From the NCBI GenBank assembly GCA_036170915.1, contig JAVHQC010000006.1, forward strand, positions 32,001 through 96,000: a stretch of DNA of 64,000 bases, given 5' to 3'. Positions 49,234 through 59,011 of this stretch are shown here, piece by piece. Both the position numbers and the translations under genes were made by a program. This DNA is from Cyanobacteria bacterium auto_48_18 (lineage in GTDB: Bacteria; Cyanobacteriota; Vampirovibrionia; Obscuribacterales; Obscuribacteraceae). Within the stretch, counting starts at the first letter, position 1. Every line of letters starts with the position of its first letter. The notes below the pieces were generated by a model. It had not been told where the DNA came from and made no database searches. It saw only the letters and a program-made list of their open reading frames with translations.

Positions 49234-49366
49234 AAAAATGAACACTCCGGAGGGATGGCTTATTATCTTCCTGCCAGGGCTACCACAGGGCACCTGGTAA
49301 AGAATTTGTTACGTGATTACCAGGCTAATCCTGGCTGTTTGGCTGCTTCTAGATGTCGGCATAATC

Positions 49367-49399
49367 AATTTAACCTGACATCGTGAACGGATAGTGAAC
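49367..49399 (-). promoter_or_regulatory. OmpR/PhoB-type direct-repeat box plus -10
   Basis: Minus strand GTTCAC-N5-GTTCAC-N10-TAAATT. Confidence 0.65.
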
Positions 49400-49401
49400 G
49401 G

Positions 49402-50301
49402 CTAGGAGATGAAATCGTTCAAAGATTTGTTATGGAGATGCCGCCTGAGCTTCTTTAACGAGCGTTTTTGAATGCGGCGTAGCTCTGCTACATCAATATT
49501 GAGCTTTGCGGCCACCATTTTTGCATCGTAAAGGCCGTCTCCTTCCAGACCATACAAATAGCTGATAGCAGTTTTCTCTAAGGTACTCAGCTGTGCGGTC
49601 ATGCGGTCAATTCCGCGCCTGAGCATGGCTTGTTCGGCCGCTTGTTCGGGCATGGCTGAGAACTGATCTTCTATAAAACACTCCAGGGTGTCCTTCTCAG
49701 CGCCGCTTACCGGCTCGTCAAGGGAGACAATGCTGCTAGAGCTGCTCACCAATCTGACAATCTCTTCAGGTTGGCATTCAAGCGCCACGGCCAGTTCGGC
49801 CTCAGTGGGGAAGCGGCCATGAGATTGCAAATACTCTTTTGCCACTCTCTTGAGGCGTCCCATTTGAGTTCTGATGTGCACCGGTATGCGTATCGTGCGG
49901 CCCTTGTTGGCGATGGCACGGTTAACAGACTCACGAATCCACCATGTCGCATAAGTCGAGAATCGGTTCCCCATAGAGGGGTCGAATTTTTTTGCGGCAT
50001 GAATTAGACCCAGGTTGCCTTCCTGAATCATGTCTTCCATATCCATACCCTGGTTACGAAAGCGTTTGGCTATGCTGACTACGAGCCTGAGGTTACTGAC
50101 CACAAGTTTTGAAAGGGCTGCATTATCACCCTGTCGGATGGCCCGCCCAAGCTCAATTTCTTCATTGGCCTTTATCAGGCTGGTCTTACCGATATTCTGC
50201 AAATAGGCAGTCAAAGCCGCTTCGCTGTTAGCTGCAGGGTCATCGGTTTTGACGATTGTTAACTCGTCAATTTGATCGATTTGATCATCTAAGTCATACA
50301 T
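49402..50301 (-). CDS. Alternative sigma70-family factor (regions 1.2-4, divergent 2.4 and 4.2)
   Basis: AYLQNIG, NLRLVVSIAK, QEGNLGL, RFSTYATWWIR, RTIRIPVH. Confidence 0.92.
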   Translation of the reverse strand: MYDLDDQIDQIDELTIVKTDDPAANSEAALTAYLQNIGKTSLIKANEEIELGRAIRQGDNAALSKLVVSNLRLVVSIAKRFRNQGMDMEDMIQEGNLGLIHAAKKFDPSMGNRFSTYATWWIRESVNRAIANKGRTIRIPVHIRTQMGRLKRVAKEYLQSHGRFPTEAELAVALECQPEEIVRLVSSSSSIVSLDEPVSGAEKDTLECFIEDQFSAMPEQAAEQAMLRRGIDRMTAQLSTLEKTAISYLYGLEGDGLYDAKMVAAKLNIDVAELRRIQKRSLKKLRRHLHNKSLNDFIS

Positions 50302-50361
50302 TTTTGTTCACCTCTAAAGTTTCCAGTGCGCCAACATCTAGAAATCTTTTCAGTGTGCTTT

Positions 50362-51516
50362 TCAATTGACCTCGCTTTTTACTTTTGTATAAATTTCGAA
50401 CCAGAAAGTACTTCCTTTACCTAATTCGCTTTCCACGCCAATTTGACCGCCATGTAGTTCAACTAGCGAGCGGCTGATAGATAAGCCCAGACCTGTGCCA
50501 CCGGTTCTTCTTTTGTCGGAAGAATCTAATTGTTGGAAAACCTTGAACAATTTAGTCAATTGATCTTTGGGAATTCCTGGCCCTTGATCCAGTACAGAAA
50601 AACGGACGGTGTCGGAGTTGCGAAGTTCCACTCGAATAGTGACAACATCGTCTGCGGCCGAGAATTTAATCGCGTTGTCTACAAGATTGGTCAGTATCTG
50701 TAGAGTTCGATCAATATCTAAATAGACCTCGGCTTTAGTTTGCACTTCCTTTAAAAGTTGTACTTTGGCAGAGCTTGAAAGTGGCTTCACTCCAGTGATT
50801 AATCTATCTACCAGCGCCTCGGGGGAGGTATAGGTTTTGTTCAGTTTAAACTTTCCAGACTCAATCTTTTTCCAATCAAGAATGTCTGAAATTAAACGCA
50901 CCAGTCGTTCAGAATTTTCCAGTGCAATTTCAACCATACGCATTATTTGCGCGTTGGCTTTACCGGCTGAACCATCAGCAATGACACTGAGAGCGCTATT
51001 GATTGCTGTTAGTGGTGTGCGCAACTCATGCGAGATCACCGAGTAAAATTCTGAAACTCTTTTTTCAGCATCTTTGCGAGCTGAAATATCGTTCTGCACT
51101 CCGACAAAGTTTATCAAGCGACCTGATTGATCGTGCACCGGAGATAGTGTCAGCTCATTCCAGAAAAGTGAGCCGTCTCTTCGATAATTGCGCAGCACAG
51201 TAGTGATGGGAATCTCTAAACGCAAGGCTTCACGAATACTCTCAATAGCAACTTGGTCGCGATCGTCTCTTTGTAAAAAGCGGCAATTGCGACCCATTAC
51301 TTGCTCTTTTTTGTATCCTGTAAATTCAAGAAAAGCATCATTGACATAAACAATCGGATTGTCAGCAACTCGCGGATCTGTAATGCAAATGCCATTGCGA
51401 GCAGCTTCCACCGCCCGTTTGAAGAACAAAAGCTGCTCGTCTTCAGGACCGTAAGTGTATGATTTGTCCACGATCGATTCTACTTCTAATTTATTTGAAC
51501 GCTGATGCTGTGACAT
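50362..51516 (-). CDS. LOV-domain sensor histidine kinase
   Basis: NPIVYVNDAF..TGY..GRNCRFLQ, NYRRDGSLFWN, FVGVQ; SHELRTPL, NLVDNAIKF, DQGPG, GTGLGL. Confidence 0.95.
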   Translation of the reverse strand: MSQHQRSNKLEVESIVDKSYTYGPEDEQLLFFKRAVEAARNGICITDPRVADNPIVYVNDAFLEFTGYKKEQVMGRNCRFLQRDDRDQVAIESIREALRLEIPITTVLRNYRRDGSLFWNELTLSPVHDQSGRLINFVGVQNDISARKDAEKRVSEFYSVISHELRTPLTAINSALSVIADGSAGKANAQIMRMVEIALENSERLVRLISDILDWKKIESGKFKLNKTYTSPEALVDRLITGVKPLSSSAKVQLLKEVQTKAEVYLDIDRTLQILTNLVDNAIKFSAADDVVTIRVELRNSDTVRFSVLDQGPGIPKDQLTKLFKVFQQLDSSDKRRTGGTGLGLSISRSLVELHGGQIGVESELGKGSTFWFEIYTKVKSEVN

Positions 51517-52399
51517 TTTCTACTTTAGGTTTTAACTCATGAGCAATTGCCATTTCTAAATTTGCATGTTCAAATCTAAAACCGGCGTTTTGAAGCTTGG
51601 CCGGCAGCACTCTATTTCCTTCTAACAGCATTTCTTGAGCCATGTCGCCCAAGATAAGTTTCAACCCGAAGGCTGGCGCAGGCAAGATAGCTGGTCTATG
51701 CAAGACTTTCGCCATTGCTTTAGTGAATTCAGCGTTGGTCGCCGGTTCTGGAGCAGTTAGGTTGACGGGCCCTTCAATATTGTTTTCAAGGAGAAAGGCA
51801 ATGGCGCTGACCACGTCGTCTAGCGCAATCCAGCTCATATACTGGCGGCCGGAACCCAACACACCTCCAGCACCCAGCTGGAAGGGCAGTAGCATCTTGT
51901 TCAAAGCGCCGCCGTCTTTGCTAAGAATGGGACCAAGCCGCGCTAATACTACTCTCAAACCCGGACGTTTGGCACTTTTTGTGGCTTCTTCCCATTTCTG
52001 GCATGTACTGGCGAGAAAACCGCTACCAGCGGTGCTCTCTTCTGTAAGCTTTTCGTCGCCGCGATTACCGTAGATGCCTACCGCCGATGCATTGATGAAT
52101 ACTGTGGGGCCAAGAGTCTGCGCCAATGTATTAGCTAAAAAAGATGTGGTGTTGACCCGACTGTCGACAATCAGTTTTTTCTGATCTTCATCCCAGCGTT
52201 TGGCTGCAATATTTTCCCCCGCCATATTGATGACGGCATCAAAATCTTGCATACTCTCGGGTGTGACATCAACAAAAGCGTCAGTGGCGCCACCATTGGG
52301 TTTGCGCCTGAGGGCAATGACTGTGTGACCATTTTTGTTGAGATAACTGGTGAGGGCTTTGCCTACCATTCCACTGGCGCCGGCTATGGCAACTTTCAT
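51491..52399 (-). CDS. TIGR01777 family NAD-dependent epimerase/oxidoreductase (YfcH-like)
   Basis: GASGMVG, INMAGENI, SRVNTT, GSGRQYMSWI, GPVNLTAP; start at ATG 52399 after GGAG. Confidence 0.93.
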   Translation of the reverse strand: MKVAIAGASGMVGKALTSYLNKNGHTVIALRRKPNGGATDAFVDVTPESMQDFDAVINMAGENIAAKRWDEDQKKLIVDSRVNTTSFLANTLAQTLGPTVFINASAVGIYGNRGDEKLTEESTAGSGFLASTCQKWEEATKSAKRPGLRVVLARLGPILSKDGGALNKMLLPFQLGAGGVLGSGRQYMSWIALDDVVSAIAFLLENNIEGPVNLTAPEPATNAEFTKAMAKVLHRPAILPAPAFGLKLILGDMAQEMLLEGNRVLPAKLQNAGFRFEHANLEMAIAHELKPKVENVTASAFK

Positions 52400-52429
52400 A
52401 CTTTTTCTCCGCTGTGCATCACAACTACC

Positions 52430-52462
52430 AAAATAGACCCTGACTGTGAATATGCAGTGAAC
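52430..52462 (-). promoter_or_regulatory. OmpR/PhoB-type direct-repeat box plus -10
   Basis: Minus strand GTTCAC-N5-ATTCAC-N10-TATTTT; same geometry as 49367-49399. Confidence 0.65.
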
Positions 52463-52513
52463 GCATTGTTGAGTCAGACGGGTGGCTGTCCATCCTGGTA
52501 TCATTTTGCCCAT

Positions 52514-53218
52514 ATGGCCAAGATCTTACTAGTAGAAGACGATGCCGCACTGGCTGAAGTGACCAAATTTGGGCTTGAAAGCCAGGGTCACATGGTGCAG
52601 ATTGCCACGAACGGCGATGACGCCTTGGTGAATTTGCGGGTCAACAAGTATGACCTGGTGGTTTTAGACTGGATGATGCCGGATCTTACTGGCATTGAAG
52701 TGCTGCAGGGCTACCGAGGCCAGGGCGGCAAGACGCCGGTTTTGATGTTGACCGCCAAAACGCGGTTGGAAGATAAAGAAGCTGGTCTCGACGCCGGGGC
52801 CGATGATTATTTGACCAAGCCTTTTGAGCATCGGGAATTGCAGGCCCGCGTGCGCGCACTTTTGCGGCGGCCCACATCGCTGGCTAATACCGTTTTGACT
52901 GTGAATGGCATCACCTTGGACCCTGCCACCTGCCAGGTGACCAAAGACGGCGAGGCAATTAAGCTGCGGCCCAAAGTCTACAGCCTGCTCGAGTTTCTGA
53001 TGCGTCACCAGAATCAGGTCTTTTCAGCTGATGCCATTCTGGAGAGGGTCTGGCTTGACGACGCCATGGTTTCGACCGATACGGTGCGCGCGCATTTTAA
53101 GCTGTTGCGCAAAAGTCTTGGCATTAAAGAGGGCAGCATTATCAAAACCGTACGTAACCGCGGTTATATGCTAGTGCCTGATGGTGACAAAGCTTCAGCC
53201 GATCAGTTGGAGAATTGA
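52514..53218 (+). CDS. OmpR/PhoB family response regulator
   Basis: ILLVEDD, LDWMMP, LTAK, GADDYLTKPF, winged helix IKTVRNRGY. Confidence 0.95.
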   Translation: MAKILLVEDDAALAEVTKFGLESQGHMVQIATNGDDALVNLRVNKYDLVVLDWMMPDLTGIEVLQGYRGQGGKTPVLMLTAKTRLEDKEAGLDAGADDYLTKPFEHRELQARVRALLRRPTSLANTVLTVNGITLDPATCQVTKDGEAIKLRPKVYSLLEFLMRHQNQVFSADAILERVWLDDAMVSTDTVRAHFKLLRKSLGIKEGSIIKTVRNRGYMLVPDGDKASADQLEN

Positions 53219-53291
53219 GCGCGGTTTGAGCGTTTGTGCATCTTGGTATAAAGGAGGCGGGCATAAGGGTTGTGCCTGGAAAGAGGCGAAT

Positions 53292-53738
53292 ATGGCACAT
53301 TTAGTCCTGTTGAAAGAGCTGTCGCAGAAAGCTTTAGTCTTGGCCGCTCTGGGGATAATCAGCCTGCCGCTGACGCCGGCCCACGCCGAGTCTAAGACCG
53401 ATAAAAAAGCTCACCCTGGCTACGACGCCCGTGTGGTCATGGTCTTCGACCGTGAGTGCAGCGTCTGGTGCGGTGAAGTGAAGCCAATTTTGTCGAGTTT
53501 GCAAAGTGAATACAAAAAAGTGGAGTTTGTTTCGCTTGATACTTCGAAAGAAGGTTTGCCAGACAGTAAAAGCACGGCCAAAACCATGGGCATTTCTAAG
53601 TTTCTTTCTGAAAATGTTGATTATGCGCCAGTGATAGGCGTTTTTTCGGCTAAAGGTAAGTTGGTTAAAGAGCTTGTCGGACCAAAGAAGAAAGAAATTT
53701 ATTTAGCCGCCATCAGCCAGGCGCTATCTGCCAAATAA
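53292..53738 (+). CDS. Exported thioredoxin-fold protein (CSVWC)
   Basis: Signal peptide AHA; ECSVWCGEVKP, VEFVSLD, YAP. Confidence 0.6.
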   Translation: MAHLVLLKELSQKALVLAALGIISLPLTPAHAESKTDKKAHPGYDARVVMVFDRECSVWCGEVKPILSSLQSEYKKVEFVSLDTSKEGLPDSKSTAKTMGISKFLSENVDYAPVIGVFSAKGKLVKELVGPKKKEIYLAAISQALSAK

Positions 53739-55715
53739 ATGTCTACTGTTCAAACTGACCAATACATAAACCAGCGTCTTGTGACTTTTGCTAAGTGGCT
53801 GGCAGTAGCTCTTGTGGGCATTGCCACCATATTAGGTGCGTGCATCACATATGGCTGGGTACTCGACGCTGAAATATGCAAGCACATGTTTATGAGCGGC
53901 CCGGTTATCTGGTCGAGCGTCGGCATTAACACCGTCTTGCTAGCAACGGTGCTCAGCCTGCTGATTGCCTGTTTTCAACTACCGCTTTCTGCCAAAGTTG
54001 TGTTCGGCTGCAAAGTGGTGGGCAGCGTCTTGTGCTTTATTGTCTTCGCCAGCGCTCTTAGTACGGTAATTGAAACCCTAGGCGGATTAGATCTGGGTTT
54101 GAACCACATATGGTATCGCCCTTCAGAAGACTCAAGTGGTTTATCGTACCCAGGACCGATGACACCTGATGTCTCTCTGGCATTCATTGCACTGAGTGTC
54201 GCTTTATTTATACAGACATGGTTAAGTGTGAGCAAAATTGAGATTGCCCAGTGGTTGTGTGTTATTGCTTTAGGCGTAACTTCTTTACCATTGGTGGGTG
54301 CCATGAGTGGTGCTGAATCGCTCTGCACTTTCTTCGGTTGCTTGCGAATGTCAGAAGCAATCTCGATTCTTTTCATTTTGCTTTCAGGTTCATGCTTTTT
54401 GCTCAGGCCAGATCAAGGACTATCGGCCTTTCTCTGGTCTTACTCTGCTGCCGGTCTGGTGGCACGGCGTGCGGCTCTTCTTGTGATTTTTTTGCCTGCG
54501 CTATTCGGTTTGCGATTTGCGCTGGTGCACTACAAAATTGTGGACAATTCTCTTGGCTGGGTGGCTTTCGGAGTTGGTGGGCTGTCACTGGCGATTGCTC
54601 TAGTGGTCAGTGGTGTCAGATCGGCCGAACAACTAATGACCTCGGCAGTACGTGTGTCACCAGCACTGGTGGCGCCGTCATCTGAGGCCTCAGGGAACTC
54701 GATTCAAAGTTTTGGTACCGGATCTTTTATGGGTATCGACGGGCTTATACAAGCTCCGGTGCCTAGCGACCGAGTGCGAAAGGTGTGCCTCGCCTGCGAA
54801 GTAGAATTTTCAAAGTATGAGGACGTCTGCCCTGAGTGCGAATCAGCACTGACGCGCATGATTGATAAGTCGCTGGTGGGCCAACTTTTTGCTGATAAGT
54901 ACGAAGTAGTGTGGGCTCTTGGTGATGGTGGCATGGCCAGTGTTTATCTGGCAAAGCATGTGTATACCAAGCAAGATGTGGCCATCAAAGTTTTGCATGC
55001 ATCGCTTGCTGGAAATATTCATGGTGTCAAACGTTTTCAGCAAGAGGCAAAAGCTCTGGGTACGCTTAACCATCCCAATATTGTAGGTGTGAAAGACTTT
55101 GGTTTCACCACTGATGGTGAGGCCTTTCTAGCGATGGAATATGTCAAAGGCACCGCTCTCAGTGACTTAATTAGCAAGCAAAAGAGTTTGACTATGTACG
55201 ACACTGCTTTGATCATGGTGCAGGTCTGCGAAGCTCTGCTGCATGCGCATGGTGCGGGCATAATTCACCGCGACCTCAAGCCTTCTAACATTATGTGCAG
55301 CCCTGACGGTCATGGTGGCTATGACGTCAAGGTCGTAGATTTTGGCCTGGCAAAAATGTCTGGGCGCGATGATCCTGACATGATAAAACTCACCCAGACT
55401 GGTGACTGTCAGGGCAGCCCACCTTATATGAGCCCAGAGCAATGCACTGCTAAGCCAGTGGATTATCGCAGCGATATTTACTCGCTGGGTTGTATTGTTT
55501 TTGAATGTCTGGTCGGCACGCCGCCATTCTTATCTACAAGTGTTTTTGAAACAATGACAATGCACGTAAGCACCCCAGCACCAGGCTTTCCGCCGAACAT
55601 GCCGATTCCTCAAGAGGTTCGTTCTATGGTTTCGATCGCTTTAGAAAAGAATCCGGAAGCGCGGCAGAAATCGGTTGATGAAATTCAGTCAGTGCTAGTT
55701 TCTGTAATTTCGTGA
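53739..55715 (+). CDS. Multi-TM sensor - Zn ribbon - Ser/Thr kinase
   Basis: About 8 TMs; CLAC..CPEC; HRDLKPSN, DFG, GSPPYMSPEQ. Confidence 0.92.
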   Translation: MSTVQTDQYINQRLVTFAKWLAVALVGIATILGACITYGWVLDAEICKHMFMSGPVIWSSVGINTVLLATVLSLLIACFQLPLSAKVVFGCKVVGSVLCFIVFASALSTVIETLGGLDLGLNHIWYRPSEDSSGLSYPGPMTPDVSLAFIALSVALFIQTWLSVSKIEIAQWLCVIALGVTSLPLVGAMSGAESLCTFFGCLRMSEAISILFILLSGSCFLLRPDQGLSAFLWSYSAAGLVARRAALLVIFLPALFGLRFALVHYKIVDNSLGWVAFGVGGLSLAIALVVSGVRSAEQLMTSAVRVSPALVAPSSEASGNSIQSFGTGSFMGIDGLIQAPVPSDRVRKVCLACEVEFSKYEDVCPECESALTRMIDKSLVGQLFADKYEVVWALGDGGMASVYLAKHVYTKQDVAIKVLHASLAGNIHGVKRFQQEAKALGTLNHPNIVGVKDFGFTTDGEAFLAMEYVKGTALSDLISKQKSLTMYDTALIMVQVCEALLHAHGAGIIHRDLKPSNIMCSPDGHGGYDVKVVDFGLAKMSGRDDPDMIKLTQTGDCQGSPPYMSPEQCTAKPVDYRSDIYSLGCIVFECLVGTPPFLSTSVFETMTMHVSTPAPGFPPNMPIPQEVRSMVSIALEKNPEARQKSVDEIQSVLVSVIS

Positions 55716-55764
55716 GCTTTTCGAAGGCGTTATAATGGTGCTGTTAAGCTGGTGAGAGTTTCGT

Positions 55765-56376
55765 ATGAAATTGCTTGTTGTGGCATTTACGGTTTGCGCT
55801 TTGTTGCTGGGCTCGTCGGTTTCGGCTGCTGAATCTTCAAATGCTCAAGCGGAGTTGGCTCGGATTGAAGCGCAGCTAGCGAAGAATCCCGGTGATGTAG
55901 ATTTGCAGGTGAACCGCGGCATTGTCTTGGGTGAGCTGAGACGCTATGAAGATGAAATTGCGCAGGCAAATAAGCTGATAGCTAACAAGGTGTCTCTACG
56001 AAAAGCGTATTTGATGCAGGAGCATGGTTATGCTGGCCTGGAAAAGTTTGACAGAGCACTACAATCTTTGGAAATGGCATTTAATTACGAAAAGCCCTCG
56101 ACGGCTGAGCTCTTGTTAAATATCGATTTGCTAATTGAAAACGGAAAATACAAAGATGGTCTCAAACTAGCTTCTGATCTGATAGGTAGAGAACCTCGTA
56201 ATGCTGAGGCGTACGTATGTCGTGCGGATTGTTACTTTCACATCTTTGGACCCTGTCAGCAAGCAATAAAGGACTTGGAGGTTAGCCTCGCTTTGAACCC
56301 GTCGCGTGAAAGTACCAATTCGCTTTTAACCGAAATGAGAAGGAGATTGTCGCTTAAGAATAAGGTTTCGCCTTAA
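55765..56376 (+). CDS. Exported TPR protein
   Basis: Signal peptide, TPR helices. Confidence 0.75.
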   Translation: MKLLVVAFTVCALLLGSSVSAAESSNAQAELARIEAQLAKNPGDVDLQVNRGIVLGELRRYEDEIAQANKLIANKVSLRKAYLMQEHGYAGLEKFDRALQSLEMAFNYEKPSTAELLLNIDLLIENGKYKDGLKLASDLIGREPRNAEAYVCRADCYFHIFGPCQQAIKDLEVSLALNPSRESTNSLLTEMRRRLSLKNKVSP

Positions 56377-56455
56377 AAGAACAGTTATCAGATTGCTTTG
56401 AATTGGGCAAAATAACTTCAGGTACGGCCTCCTTGCAGTTAATTGGTGAGCTGAA

Positions 56456-59011
56456 GTGGACAAACCAGGAGAACCGCCAAAGAAACTAGATGATCTGCAG
56501 AGTTCGGACGATCCATTCGCCTCTGTTCGAAAAGCTAGGTTTGATGGATCTGAACAAAAAGCTGGGAAGGACACAACAGCAATCCATGATTCGTCTAATG
56601 CCGAGTCTGGCAATGCTAAACCTTTAGATGTTCAAAGCAAATATTCAGATGGTGTGAATCCGTCGGCGTTAGACAGTAAGAGTCATCCTCAGTCCTCCGA
56701 GCCACCCCAATCTAAAGAAATCCTCCCGGCCCAACGCACTGAATCTAAGCCTGCCCCAACAGAGACCTCGGCCCAACACGCTCCCATTCGAACCGAGCAA
56801 GAACATCCCCAATCGTCGGCAAAAGCCCAACCAAACGAACAGACACTAGTCCAGTCGCAATCACAACGCTCTCTTCCCAGCAGCGAACAGGCGTCACCCA
56901 CTGACAAACAGGTCAAGCAAACTCAACCGTTAACGGTTGAGCAATCTGCAGGTGACGTTGCGCGACCAGCAAAACCCATAGAGCCTTCATCACGATCGCT
57001 CGACACGCCCAAGCAGTCAGAAAATTCAAAAGCAGAAGTTCAGCGTCCTGCAGAGAGGCCTGCCGAGATTTCGAAGTCAGAAAATCAGTCGCCCAACGGC
57101 CAATCTGCACTTAAATCAATTTCTGTGGCAGATTTGCGAGCTGGCAGTCTTGTTAGTTTGCCCATTCCCGAACACCGTTCTGATCCCGTATTGCCGACGA
57201 AGCAGGTTCTTGAAGACAATCGTAAGGCCCCAGCCATAGAAAGTCGCCCAGCAACAGAGATTGCATCTAATTCGAGCAGGCTGCCACCTGGAATTGCAGA
57301 GCCCGTGAAGCTCGATGCAGCGCGTGACTTAAAGGTAGAAACTTTAAAACTTGATGGAAATTCCAACGCAAAAGTAGAAAATACACGACTTCCGCAAGTT
57401 TCTCCCACTGAAGGAAAAATTGCCGAAGCTGCCAAGCCAAAAACTGAATTGACCGAGAATGTCCGATCGCCATTCGAAGGTAAAATTCCCGAAGGAAAAA
57501 TTGCAGACGGAAAGCAAAGTGAAAAGAATGACAAATCTGAATTTATCAAATCCGAATCTAACAAAGCCGACAAGTCAGATAGATCAGAAATAAAAACCGA
57601 GAAAGGTGATACCAAGGGCGATAAGATTACCGGCAATAAAAGCTCAGGTGGCTCGTCAGGGCCTTCTGCTTTCATTCAATTTATCGAAAGTCAGGCGGGC
57701 ATCAGAGGGGGCAAACCGGCGTCGGACAAAACAGACAAATCGGACAAATCCGACAAACCAGACAAATCCGCTATAACAAACAAAACCGACAAATCGGACA
57801 AGACGCAAAAAGAACAAGGGTCAGAGAACAAGTCAGAGCCGTCTACAAAGAATGTCGGCAATAAAATTCCAGATTCTATAAAAATCGATGCCACCAAATC
57901 TGGTGCTGATCGAACTCAGGCTTCCGGTGCTGAGGGTGCAAAGATAGCAGGGGTTAAACTTGATGGAATCAAATCAAGCGTAGATGGGCTACTTGGCCTG
58001 GTAGACACAGTCAAAGAAAATATAAAGAGCACGCTAAAGGGTCAGGTTGATCGCGCTCAAGTTAGTCTTAAGCCAGGCGAGTTTGTGGCATTCACTCAAA
58101 AAGATCGCGTACCACCACTAAAAAGTGAAATATATTCCTCTGCTGAAATCATTGCTGTACTTATTCCATCACACCTCGTCAAATGGAGCATTGTTCGCGC
58201 ACCCAACATAAAGCCTTCTGACGTTTCTCCTCAACCGCCGAAGAACAAATCTTCGCGCGCGCAGGTTGTTCGAACAGCCGACCAGAAGCCTTCGCCGAAA
58301 TCTCCAGAGGGAAAGACTCCCGAGCAGAAACCTTTTGATATAAATAATCCACCTGATAAAAGTCGTCCGTTCATTCAGTTGCACGGAGTTGACAGTGAAT
58401 ACAGTGCAGGCAGACAGCCACTTCCACAGAGAAGGCCAGTAGTAAAGATTGAGCAGCCTGAACAGCCACCCAAGTCAGACGCGGTCAAGGTAATTTCTAC
58501 TGAAGCTACTCCATGGTTGGATGTGCCTGACGCCAGTCAGAAAACTCAAGATGATCAAAGTTCGACTCGGCCTGCAATTAACGCGGCTTTGGCCGAAAAA
58601 CGCAAAGTAGTAGAAGCGCAAGAGCATACGCTGCCAACTCTGGCCGACGAGTCTTCCACCAACTCGAAGCCTTTGCCTGCTTCCGATCTTTCATCACCTG
58701 GTAAGGATGATCGACGCACCGTTTACGTTAACAAAGAAATCGACGCCCAAGAAAGCACCTGGTCCAGCGACGACGAATCTACTGAGCCTGTGCGGCCAAT
58801 GCACCGTTATGCATACGTAGTGCGACCAGGTGACACGGTTGAATCCGTCGCTGTGACTGAGTTAAATGATTTGAGTTTGGCACCACTCCTGTACGGCAAA
58901 AACCGCAAGTATGTTTTGTCTGAAATTGCGTATGGTGTTCACCCCTTCCTTGAGGGGGCTGTGATTGACTTGCCAACACCGGCAGAAATTGCAGCATTTC
59001 GGCAACTGTGA
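56456..59011 (+). CDS. Large low-complexity protein with C-terminal LysM-like domain
   Basis: S/K/P/E/D-rich with DKS repeats; YVVRPGDTVESVA..LYGKN..IDLPT. Confidence 0.7.
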   Translation: MDKPGEPPKKLDDLQSSDDPFASVRKARFDGSEQKAGKDTTAIHDSSNAESGNAKPLDVQSKYSDGVNPSALDSKSHPQSSEPPQSKEILPAQRTESKPAPTETSAQHAPIRTEQEHPQSSAKAQPNEQTLVQSQSQRSLPSSEQASPTDKQVKQTQPLTVEQSAGDVARPAKPIEPSSRSLDTPKQSENSKAEVQRPAERPAEISKSENQSPNGQSALKSISVADLRAGSLVSLPIPEHRSDPVLPTKQVLEDNRKAPAIESRPATEIASNSSRLPPGIAEPVKLDAARDLKVETLKLDGNSNAKVENTRLPQVSPTEGKIAEAAKPKTELTENVRSPFEGKIPEGKIADGKQSEKNDKSEFIKSESNKADKSDRSEIKTEKGDTKGDKITGNKSSGGSSGPSAFIQFIESQAGIRGGKPASDKTDKSDKSDKPDKSAITNKTDKSDKTQKEQGSENKSEPSTKNVGNKIPDSIKIDATKSGADRTQASGAEGAKIAGVKLDGIKSSVDGLLGLVDTVKENIKSTLKGQVDRAQVSLKPGEFVAFTQKDRVPPLKSEIYSSAEIIAVLIPSHLVKWSIVRAPNIKPSDVSPQPPKNKSSRAQVVRTADQKPSPKSPEGKTPEQKPFDINNPPDKSRPFIQLHGVDSEYSAGRQPLPQRRPVVKIEQPEQPPKSDAVKVISTEATPWLDVPDASQKTQDDQSSTRPAINAALAEKRKVVEAQEHTLPTLADESSTNSKPLPASDLSSPGKDDRRTVYVNKEIDAQESTWSSDDESTEPVRPMHRYAYVVRPGDTVESVAVTELNDLSLAPLLYGKNRKYVLSEIAYGVHPFLEGAVIDLPTPAEIAAFRQL

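Noticed and set aside
52247..52513. N-terminal extensions of the response regulator and TIGR01777 ORFs
   Set aside because: Longest-ORF artefacts; family homology begins at 52514 and 52399
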